DNA of 64,000 nucleotides from Callorhinchus milii (taxonomy: Eukaryota): positions 186,001 to 250,000 of the forward strand of contig NW_024704742.1 in NCBI RefSeq assembly GCF_018977255.1, given 5' to 3'. The notes under the pieces were generated by a model. It was given only the letters and a program-made list of their open reading frames with translations. It was not told where the DNA came from and did not search any database. How positions within the stretch are numbered: position 1 is the stretch's first letter; the number at the start of each line of letters is the position of its first letter. The translations under genes and the position numbers were made by a program. Shown piece by piece: positions 1 to 10,900 of the stretch.

Positions 1-628
1 TTGGGTAGGTAGTTGGCAGATGAAGTATAATGTAGGGAAGTGCGAAGTCATCCACCTGGGTAGCAAAATCAGTAAAGCGGGTTATTTTTTAGAAGGGAGA
101 GATTGGAATGTGTTAGCGTCCAGAGGGACTTGGGTGTCCTTGTACACCAATCACAGAAAGTTAGTCTGCAGGTGCAGCAGCAATTAGGAAGGCGAACGGT
201 ATGTTAGCATTCATTATGAAAGGATTAGAGGATAAGAGTAGGAAAGTCTTGCTGCAACTCTATAGGGCCCTCGTGAGACCACACCTGGAATACTGTGTGC
301 AGTTTTGGTCTCCTTATTTAAGGAAGGATGTACTTGCCTTGGAGGGGGTGCAGCATAGATTTACTCGGTTAGTACCAGAGATGAAGGGGATGAGTTACGA
401 GGATAGGCTGACCAATTTGGGCCTATATTCTCTAGAATATAGAAAAATTAGAGGGGATCTTATAGAAAACTATAAGATCATCAAAGGGCATGATAGAGTA
501 GATAGTGGAAGATTGTGTCCCCCGGTTGGAGAAACTAAAACCAGGGGTCACAACTTTAAAATCGGAGGCAGCCCTTTCGCACTGAGTTGAGGAAGAACTT
601 CTTCACTCAAACCATGGCAGACGTGAAA
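1..628 (+). mobile_element. CR1-type LINE, 3' part of ORF2 (post-RT region), degenerate
   Basis: ORF 201-590 contains LYRALVRPHLEYCVQFWSPYLRKD...LEGVQHRFTRLVPEMKGMSYEDRL...LYSLE...RGDLIE...TRGH, the typical CR1 ORF2 C-terminus; it ends at a premature stop. Confidence 0.92.
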
Positions 629-3600
629 GAGAGAATGGCAATAACATGCACAATAACAAGTAAATTCATTTCTAGCCTGGAAAAAATAACTACAGCACCA
701 ATAAAATGCACATAACATCAAGCAGTAAAATAACATGTGGATCAAAAGATGATGTAATATATTAGCAGGCCTAGCTTTAGAATTATCCCTATTATTAATG
801 CAGGCTACACATGTTCCTGATGTGAAATGTCCCATTGAGTTACAATCTCCCAATTATTGTTTGCAGTGACTACAAATATGCTGATCTATCTTTACTGTGT
901 GTCAGGCCTAATATATATTAAAATGTTTAACTGAAATGATTTGTTCATGCTTCGGAATAAGTGTAATGATATGCTTATCTGAATGATAACTTTCGCTGTT
1001 CAAATCTTCCAGTATAAAAATCAGTTCACTGTTTTCAGAAGTTAACCTTGTAAGGTTTAGAAAGAATATTTCATAATGAAATTCTCCCCCTCCCAATAGC
1101 ACTGGACACAAGATGACAAACACTACCTGCATGTGAAGATGCAGTGAAGATGCAATGTAATTGAGACTTTTTTGAATGTATTGGAAATTAGCTCTATCAA
1201 TAGCAATAACAATAGGGGGAAGGAATAAAGAGGCTGAGATATTACCTTTAAGTAATTCTAAGATCCTGAAGTGCACTGTGGACATGTTCACAACCATAGC
1301 CAATTCACAACTATGATGACATTCATTCATATGTAAGATCGAATGACAAGGATGATAATAACTGGAATAAAACCATTAAGCAATATGCTATGCAAATATG
1401 GCAAGTCCCCTTTGAACTAATGCTAAGATTGTCTAATTGGAATTCTGTTCATATATTAGTCAATGAGGGATTATGTAGTTTAATTTCTGATAGAAACATT
1501 CTTTATGCGCTTCTGCAATTTATTCTGTAAAGGGTACTTTTACTTTTTAAGTTTTCTGAGAAACTATTTAATGATAACTAAGTACATCCACTTAGAAGAA
1601 GAAAGCTGGGTTTATCTTGTTCATATTGCTGTCAGCCTGGCACCTCAATCTTGAGCTGATGCAATTTTATACTGATTTGGGAGTTGTGGTGGAAACAAAT
1701 GTTTGCTGTAGATGTAATCGATAAAAACATTGGAGCAGAGCTCCATTACATATTTGTCTGCTGTTCCCAAGCGAAGGAAATGGTTTTCTTTTAATGGATT
1801 AATTATTTAGCATTACTGAGGCCCAAGTCGATATTGTTACCTGCAGTTCCCTTGCCTTCTTCTCCCAAATTACAGATGGAAGCTAGAAAGGAGAGCCAGT
1901 GTGATCAGTCTCAGGATTTCCCAATGGTCTAGTTTTTGGGGATCAGCCAGGTGTCTGACACATGCAGAAACCCATCGCCATATTTAAGCATATCCAAACC
2001 AAACTGAGAATTTCATGCATCCCACCTACAATGGCAATCTCAGAGATATATTGTTTGAATGGAATGTGCTCTCCCTCTCTCTCCCTGGAGGGACGCATCC
2101 GGTTTACCTAATTCCAGAAAGTATTAGGCGCAGGTTGGCAAGAGCCAAGGTTTGGAGACCCTAGAGTGTGCGTTGGGGTAACTGCTAGTCTAGCCAGCTA
2201 AAACCACATAACTTGCCATTGATAACATATGGTTTAAGTAGTGAAGCTATTGTGCAGAGTGAAACTTAGCCTTCCTGACCTGACTAGTCCCAGTTTCTAC
2301 CTACAATTTTTAATGAGTTAATTGATTGCGGTAAGTATGTTGCAATTGTTCTTTGTATTCCTGGGCTAAAGAAGGAAAAGGTCACCAGTGTTCCTGCTAC
2401 GGTATTGATCATTATCCAGCGACCCCTGTTGGAAATTGTGTGGACATTAACGAGGCCAGGAATGGGCTCAGCTGTACTCTTCATAGTTAAATAGCCTGCT
2501 GACGCTCATTATGCTTGTTAGTGAAGAATAGCCACATGAGCAATGTTCTGATGAGTTGTCTCAGACTGTGAAAGCAATCTGAGTATGACTCATTGACTTC
2601 AGTTGCTGAGAGAAAAGGGATAATATGGGGAGAAAATATTTTAACATCTTTGAGAAGTTTTGTGCACTTCAAAGCAATTTGCTCGGATTTTTTTTCAATA
2701 TAAGAGCTCATTACAAGCTACATTTCCCTGATTCACTTCCATTTCCCCACCTTATATGAAAAGTTGATTTCTTATGCAAACATGAGATTCGTTATGCTTG
2801 AAAAACAATAAAGTTTTACTTTACCAACACATGGTAAATCTAAGCAATCCCCTCTAAGCAGAATCCATCAATATAGCACTTCAGTAAAACTTTCCACTTT
2901 GCAGGAAAGCTTCCTAACCTGGTATCGTTCTTTTGCTTAATATATTACCTAATTCTGACATAAATTGTTGAAGAGAATAGAAATCTGAACAGAACTTATT
3001 TTTCTTCTCCATTTGCAATTTTATAGGGTTCTATGTTCCAACTGGTGAGTATTAAGATGCTTTGGAATCCTAAAAATTTTATTTGCACATATCTATAATA
3101 AGCTTCATTTACATTAATACATTTATCAACTGAATATAAATTAAACCTTCATTAGTTACATTTTCAAAACCTACCTGTCTGACCACGCTTTCAGTCATCT
3201 TTCCCCAACCCACACACCCTCAGTTCCCAACCCCAACTCTGTTGGCAAATCACTGTTGTTAAGTACTTGGGGACCTCCTCTCATTATGTGCGCATCTAAT
3301 TTCCTTTCAAATGCTCCTAACAGTTTCAACAGCTACCCTAACAATTCATTCCATTTTCTGACAACCATCTGGGAACATTTTTCTTCCCCACTTCCCTAGT
3401 TATTATCCTTTTTTTTTAAATAAAGTTTTTATTTCATTAAACAAACCAGGACTTAAATGATGCAAAAAAAAATCAGGAATAAAAACAACAAAGAAAACCA
3501 GAGGCCAGCATGTTACAATCACTCATAGGTTCATCAAACAATGGGCATTTTTCTCCATAAGAAAATATATTGTTTACAAATGGTGGAAACATCCAAGTAC

Positions 3601-3764
3601 CTGTTTGGAGAAGGAAAAGCAATTGTTTCGATCCAATTGCTAATATACGAAAGCATAGAATACAAAAGCAAAGCAATAACGCTAAGTTTGTTAAATCATT
3701 GGTTAGGTCGTAACTAGAGTACTTTATGCAGCTCACTTTGCGAAAGATGTTACGCTGTTAAAGG

Positions 3765-4095
3765 GAGGTTTACAAGGATGAGGGATGAAGAACGATGGCA
3801 ATGAGGAGAGATGGAAGAGGCTAGGTCTGTTTTCATTGGAGCAGAGAAGGTTGAGGGGGAATCTGAGAGAGATTTACAAAATTAGGAGGGATTTTGTCAG
3901 GATAAATTGGGAGAAGGTACTTCCATTGATGGGGAGTCTGTGACTAGGAAACACAATTATAAGATAGCCGCGAGAACATCAGAAGAGCGTAGGAGGATTT
4001 TTTTCACCCAGAGAGTAGTTGGGATGTGGAACATCCCGACAAGTTGGGTGGTGAAGGAGGAATCCATTAGAGCTTTCAAGGAGGTAGACAGGCAT
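3765..4095 (+). mobile_element. CR1-type LINE 3' fragment (old)
   Basis: Degenerate ...RLGLFSLEQRRLRGNL...TRKH...FFTQRVVGMWN, homologous to the element at 1-628. Confidence 0.8.
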
Positions 4096-4309
4096 ATAAT
4101 AACAAATAATCCTTGCATTTGATATAGGAACTTATCACGTCGTTGAGACGTCTCAAAGTGCTTCACAGAATATACCATAAAGTGGATTGATTGTATATTT
4201 TGCAGGGGAAATGCAGAATTGAATCATACACTAGAATAGACTCAGCACCTTCAGACAGAGCGAAGAAAAGGGGAGAAAATTGCAAAACCATTATTTTTTT
4301 TAAGATTTA

Positions 4310-4720
4310 TTTAAATTTATTATAGCATCTTCTTACATTGCTAAAGCAGGTTAAGGTATTTCACAGGATTTACTGTAAAGTATAGTGACTGTATTTTGAA
4401 TCAAACGCAGCAACTAATTTGCACACAACAATGACCCACAAAACCACCATGAGGTGAATGTAAAATTTTATCAGGAGGATTGTGAACCAGGCCACTTGGA
4501 GAAACCCCCTTCTCTTTTCAAATAATGCCATGTGATCTTTAACATCCGCCTGAAGAGATAGACAGAGCCTCTGTTTAGCACTTAATCCAAAGGGTGACAC
4601 CTCCAACAAATCAGCACTCCACCAGCTCTGCATTAGAATGTTATCTTAGACATGAATTCAACGTTCAGATTTGTGGCTTGTGCCTACAACTTCCTGACTC
4701 AGAAAGATGAATGTGAACCA
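4310..4720 (-). mobile_element. Old Deu-core SINE copy
   Basis: Shares core and tail with the other SINE copies (ttgcacacaacaatgacccaca, ctgtttagcacttaatccaaagg); decayed head near 4680-4710. Confidence 0.65.
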
Positions 4721-5605
4721 AACCTGGATGTACCTTCTTGCTGTTGGCCAGTGTCTTGCAGAGCCTATGAGCAAACCCTGGAAAGTACTGTCGCGTTAGC
4801 ATGTTACTGACTGGTAGTTGCATTATCTTGCATTTGGGAAGCTCCAGATCAGTACACATAGTGCCGACCCACAACTCCAGGCCCATTCAATTAAATAGGA
4901 AGCTCTGAAACATCCACAGGTGTTTCCCAGCAGCTGAGGGTGGGTTTCAGGGACCTTCTAAAACTGAGATTGCCTCACTCCAGAGTCATAGTAAATTGCT
5001 GTGATGAATTTTATTTCTACTCTAGTTGAAGGAGCACATTGAACAGACTTTCTTTCCTCTTTATAGTTTCACACTGGGACAAATCTGATGGTATCTGCTT
5101 TCCTTATCGTGTGTAAGGCTGGACAGTGAGTGTCCCTGAAGCCCTGTGAGACTTCCTCCCAATATGAAAAGTACTACATAAATGTCAATTGTATTTTACT
5201 GCGCTGACACGAATTCTATTCTTGATCTAATCTCCACACATAAGTAAATCCTAGTAGAGTTCACAAGAGTATAGCTGAGGTTGGAATGATTTAGTTTCTT
5301 TGCTATTTTACAATTATGTTTCTTTCGCAGAAGTATTTTACTTTATAAATCAGTAGTGAACAGAATACTGACTGAATATCTAGTAAGTTAGCTACAGCTG
5401 CTAACCCACATGGTGTAATAATGAAATATCTCTAAAGATTACTTCTAAGCATAAATACATTTTTACAAAGCAGCAGGTTACGCAGTCTTGCACAGAAAAT
5501 GACTCCATACACATCACTTACTTGACAAGAACAAATGGCATTCCATATAATGTTTGTCTTAATAAACAAATAAACAACATTGATTGTGATTTGCACATAT
5601 TATTA

Positions 5606-6055
5606 ATAATTATCCTTACATTTGATATAGTATCTTACCACAACATCGAGACGTCGCAAAGCGCTTCACAGGATATACTGTAATGTACTGCGAGTGTGTG
5701 TACTTTGTGGTCGAACACAACAGCCATTTGCACACAACAATGTCCCACAAACAACCATAGAGCGAGTGACCAATTTTATTTGAGGGATTGTTGGCCAGGA
5801 CACCGGGAGAGAGAGAGAGAGAAACTCCCTTCTCTTTTTGAATAGTGTCACAGGATCCTTACCATCCACCAGTCAGGACAGGATCTCAGTTTAATGGCTC
5901 ATCTGGAGGATGGTGCCTCCAACAATGTAATAAGCCTCCCAGCTCTCGATGACGCTTCAGCATAAACCTTATGAGTTCCAAACGCTCTACATGGGGATTG
6001 AACCCACAACCTTTAGACTCAGAGGCGAGAGAGCTATCAATTCGAGGGTGGCTGA
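5606..6055 (-). mobile_element. Long-form tRNA-headed Deu-core SINE with L2-like tail
   Basis: tRNA-like head with B-box (ggggattgaaccc, about 5993-6005), central core, gtttgtgggacattgttgtgtgcaaatggctg segment and aagcgc...tatatcaaatg tail, all on the minus strand. Confidence 0.8.
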
Positions 6056-7253
6056 CGTACTTAATTGTTGTTTAATATGTAGTCTCATCCCTGACAAATC
6101 AGCAGCAGTAACTGGACTAGAGAATACAGAAACACAACTTAATCCAGAGAGCGAATGTCTGCTTCAATTGAACAATAAGTAAACATTCTGGAGTGCTGCT
6201 CTTAGTCATGTCTCCATCATCGGGTCCAAATGATTTCCCATTTTAATTAAAACCAGCAGCTCTTTATTCATTATGTGACTGACAGCAAGGCAAGATTTAT
6301 TAAAAATTGCCTTTTGATAAACTCCGACGCCCTTCTGCTGTGCTTTTTGCATTACAGAGTTCGCTCTGGCTTCTGCATTTTTTTTTTTCTTTTGCGGTAC
6401 TTGGTCGAACTCTTCGCCTCCTTTCAATATACACTTCGCCCGCAAAATAAACAGTCACTCCACTTCACACTATATTTCTGTGCCGCGCTTTGAGACGTCT
6501 GAAGGACATGAATAATGTGCTGTACCAAATGCAAGGATTACTATTATGATTATTATTATTATTAATTACTTTATCCACAACAACAGCAATCCGTGATCTC
6601 TCAGAGGCAGAAAAGACCTGGGTAAACACCAGCCCAGCCCCCAGCAGGTGCTTCCTCGCTGAACTCTGTCCTCATTGAAGGTCTGAGCCGGTTCTCCGCG
6701 GTGGAATGAGTGGAATATATAATATTTAACAATGATAATCCTTGCATTTGATTTGCACCTTATATTATATCTTTAAGGCGTCTCAAGGCACTTCACAAAA
6801 TATACCATAAAGTGAATTTACTGTATATTGTGAGAGTGAAACGTAGTAGGCAATTTCGCACAGCAGTGTCCCACAAACAATTATGGATCGAGTGAACAAA
6901 TTTACTGTATTGCTGCCCTCTCCTGGAGCTCATTTTGACTGTCAAGAGCCAGGGAAGAATTTTCTACAGTGGCTTCCACCCCGTGAATCTTCTTTATGGT
7001 TTATGGTTTTTGATTTTTGTTGAAGGTGACTGTGTGTCTGACAAGAACAGACAACTACAGTTAGCGGGTTGGGCAGGAGATGGAATGTGAGAATTATCCC
7101 AGGACTCAATGAATGTCTGCGCTTTTTTTTGCTCTTTCCGATGTATGCATCCATATGCATCACTGTATTGTGCATAATATAATAATCCTTGCATTTGATA
7201 TCATGCCTTATCACATCTCTGAGACGTCTCAAAGTGGTTCACAGGATATATGT

Positions 7254-7580
7254 GGAGTCCTGCAGCTCAGGGGTTAGAGCACTCGCTTTGTGAGTGAGAC
7301 ACCGGGTTCAATCCCCGGGGGGTCAGTCAGGGCGAGACCTCGGGCAGTGTCCTCACTCCACACAGAGCCTAATAATAACCTCCAAAACCAAAACAATAAT
7401 AAATTGGTCATTTTCAATCTGCGACTGTTTGTGGGACATTGCTGTGCGCAATTGGCTGCCGCGTTCGCCCACAAATGTACAGTGAATTCATTTTACAGTC
7501 TATTCTGTGAAGTGCTTTGGGACGTCGAGAAGACGTGAAAAGCGCTATATCAAATGCAAGGATTATTATTATTATTATTA
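7254..7580 (+). mobile_element. Young full-length tRNA-headed SINE with (ATT)n tail
   Basis: A-box-like CAGCTCAGGGG, B-box GGTTCAATCCC, core ctgtttgtgggacattgctgtgcgcaattggctgccgcg, tail gtgaaaagcgctatatcaaatgcaagg(att)n; near-identical inverted copy at 52766-53084. Confidence 0.9.
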
Positions 7581-7739
7581 TATTGGATGGAGTGACTGTG
7601 TGTTTTGTGGCAGAGAAGGTCCAGGTGAATCAACTGTCTGCAAAGGGGGTGTGGGCACGTTTTGCATCATTAAAAGTTAAAACATTTTAAAAATAAACCA
7701 GGCACAGCCCCCAGGCTGAGCTTTCATGCTCAGGAGCAA

Positions 7740-7930
7740 CAGAAAAAAACGCCCAATTGGGCGGGAACCCGCCCAACCTGACCGAGCGCCCGCGGGGAGT
7801 GGGGGAGTGGGGTCACGTGAGCAGAGTGTGCCACGTGGTCGGGAGGGCGGTCTGAGCCATCGTCGCTCGCTGATGACGTACAGAGGGCGCGACGGCAGGT
7901 GGCGGCCGGAGCGGGAGGAGCGCGAGGAGG
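7740..7930 (+). promoter_or_regulatory. EXOSC9 CpG-island promoter / 5' UTR
   Basis: CCAAT 7753, E2F-like GGCGGGAA 7760, E-boxes GTCACGTGA 7812 and CCACGTGG 7831, CRE-like TGACGTA near 7874, directly upstream of ATG 7931. Confidence 0.75.
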
Positions 7931-10900
7931 ATGAGGGAGACGCCGCTGTCCAACTGTGAGAAGCTCTTCATCCTCCAGGCGGTGGCCGACAGGAAGGTGC
8001 GCCCCCCCCTCCCCCCCCTCCTCCCCCCGACAGGAAGGTGCGCCCCCCCGCCCCCCCCTCCTACCCCCCCCCTCCTCCCCCGCCCCCCCCCTCCTCCCCC
8101 GCCCCCCCCCTCCTCCCCCGCCCCCCTCCCGTGGCCGACAGGAAGGTGCGCCCCCCCCTCCCCCCCCTCCTCCCCCCCCCCGGACAGGAAGGTGCGCCCC
8201 CCCGCCCTCCTCCCCCCCCCCCCCCGACAGGACGGTGCCCCCCCCCCCTACCCCCCCCTCCTCCCCCCCTACCCCCTCCCCCCGACAGGACGGTGTGGGG
8301 GGGATGGGGGTAGTGCTAAAAAATAGAGTATATGAACTTTTTTTTGGATGAGAAAATAATCTCTGTTTTGTGTTCGTGGCCGATCTGCTTGAAATGCATC
8401 TCCGAAGCCCAATCTTTATTGACCACAAACACAACTGAACTTTACTGTATTATTTAAACACCAAAGTCAGATTGTAGTCTAACTGATTAATTGTGGCCGT
8501 CTTTTAAAATCTGCAGCGACTCGATGGAAGACAGACGTACGACTACAGGAACATTAAGATAACATTTGGAACTGAATATGGCTGTTGCATTGTGGAATTG
8601 GGTAAAACAAGGTGAGGCGGTCAGACTTCACACAGTAAAATACTCTTCATTCAATCTGAGCCGTTTCATTAAAAAAAAACGCATACTCCCATATAAGATG
8701 TCTATTTATCAACATCGCTGGGTTTCTGTTAATTTTGCAGAAAGTAAATTCCTCTGTGGATGGTGCGTCGGGAGTCAAATAAGCAGTTAATATTACTTTA
8801 TTGACAGTGTTGGGTAGTTTTATGAGCCCTGTGGCAATAGCCCACTGCCAGCCTGAGTGAATGAAGCTCCCCCTCTCTTCTCCTCCTATAGCAGTTCTAA
8901 AGCTTTTCACCATCACTCATCTGCTCAGCTTGTCCAGACGCTGAAATAAGTTGTAGAGAGCGCCAGAAAAATAAAACTTTTTTAAGATTTTTAAAGGAAA
9001 GCGATCAGCACCTTGGGACATCCTCCAGACGTGAAAGGCACTATAGAGATGTAATTTGTTTATGTTAATGGTTAATGATTTTGTTAATTTTGTGTTTCCG
9101 TATAGCTGATACATAATCCTTTTTAAAGAGACCATTTATCATTTTAAGAAAATGGGTCCCATTAAAGTAGGAATCATCAAAATAGGTACTTCGTCTTAGA
9201 CATTGATCAATCTGTGGAGCTGTTTGTGTTGTAAAATTAAAAGGAGTGTGACATAGCCTTATTATGCTGTCATCTCAGGGTCCTTTCACAGGTGTCGTGT
9301 GAACTGGTGACCCCTAAGTTGAATCGGCCCACTGAAGGCATCATATTCTTCAACCTGGAGCTCTCTCCAATGGCTTCTCCTGCATTTGAACCCGGCAGGT
9401 TAGTCAAGCAACTCGCACGGCTACGGAGTATCACCGTGAACACTTTTCTGCTTTCTCATTTTGACACTAATATTGTATTCTTTGGAATTTGGGTGTGCTT
9501 CTAAGGACTAGGATTCATATTCTCATTTGATTTAATGTGTAAATTGGTCCAGTTCCCATGTATCACTGGGAATATTTATCCTCCTGGGGGTGGTGGGAGA
9601 TAAGAGGTGTCTCATCAGAGACTCAGTTGGTTGCACTCTCTCCTCTGAGTCAGAAGGATAATTCATTTGAAATATAAGGACTCGATTGTAGTTTGTGAGC
9701 GTGGAAAGATCTTCACAGCCTCTCTGAGGATTTACTGGCAGTCTCAAAGTTAACTTTTTTAAAACTGGAAATGCATTTGTTTTGTATTGTTGCTTGTGGA
9801 AATCCTTGTGTACATTCTGATGTTGAATGATGTTTAGATCTTTGTAACCATATTGCATACTTAATGTTAAGATTAATGAGCTGCTTTCCAGTATTCATTT
9901 GTTTAATATTAGTTTATGATGTCGCTTGTTGTATTTATCAACTATTGAAAAGTACATATAATATTGGAAATATAAAATGAAATGGTGAAGAGTGGTGCGC
10001 AGTGAATTCTGAACTGGTCAATAACAGAATTTTAAAGAGTTATTGTCGCTTGTTCCCCACTGTCAGATCAAACTGTTCTTTCCCAATATCATCATTACAA
10101 AATATTCCCGGGGTAATAATCCCTTCAATAAAAAATAATAATTTGGTCACTCAATCCACGACTGTTTGTGGGATACTGCTGTATGTAATTGGCTGCCGAG
10201 TTTCACCCACAAAATATACAGTCACTATACTTTACAGTATATTCTTTGAGACTTCTCGAAGACGTGATAGCGTGCTATATCAAATGCAAGGATTATTATT
10301 ATTTATTATTATGATTTGTTTATCCTTTTACTGCACATCACTATTTGTTAAAACCGTGGTATTTCAAAAGATAATGCTGTTATTTGGTCAAAACGAATCC
10401 TGAGTGAATTTTTTCTTTAAATATTGTTTTCTGTTTTTTCCCCTTTACAGGCAATCCGAGTTGTTAGTTAAATTGAACCGATTGTTGGAACGATGTCTAA
10501 GGAACTCCAAGTGCATCGATACAGAATCCCTGTGCGTTGTTGCAGGTGAAAAGGTATGAAGACTCACTGTGATGGATGTAGAAACTGTGCATGTATTTCA
10601 TTATGCTTTTTTTCCCTTCTCTTTTAAATTGAAACTTTAATTTTAATTTCAATTGAAAAGAGAAGGATGCCCTTCCCAACAATCCTCCAAATAAAATTGG
10701 TCACTCGTTTCAGGACTGTTTGTGGGACATTGCTGTCTGATAATGTGTGCATCGTTTGCCTACAAAAACACAGTCAATCCACTTTTACAGTATATCCCGT
10801 GAATTCCTTCTGACATGATAGGCACTATACCAAATGCAAGGATTATTATATAAAATAAATTGGCTTTTGGGAAAAATGAATCAAACATTAGTTCACAGTA

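Larger units (their letters stand above)
3027..5590 (+). other. Probable last two exons of an unidentified upstream gene: 18-nt microexon 3027-3044 and terminal exon from 5026
   Basis: ttcttctccatttgcaattttatag|GGTTCTATGTTCCAACTG|gtgagt; acceptor ttttatttctactctag|TTGAAGGAGCACATTGA at 5026; tandem AATAAA at 5561 and 5569. Frame unknown; the phase-1 reading gives xFYVPTVEGAH*. Confidence 0.45.

Noticed and set aside
201..590. 129-aa ORF as a host gene
   Set aside because: CR1 ORF2 fragment with a premature stop.
7254..7330. tRNA gene (also near 53010-53084 and 56045-56113)
   Set aside because: tRNA-like heads run straight into SINE bodies, with no proper acceptor stem or T-run terminator.
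7730..8434. Gly- and Pro-rich ORFs on both strands
   Set aside because: Translations of the C-rich repeat; only 7931-7996 is coding.
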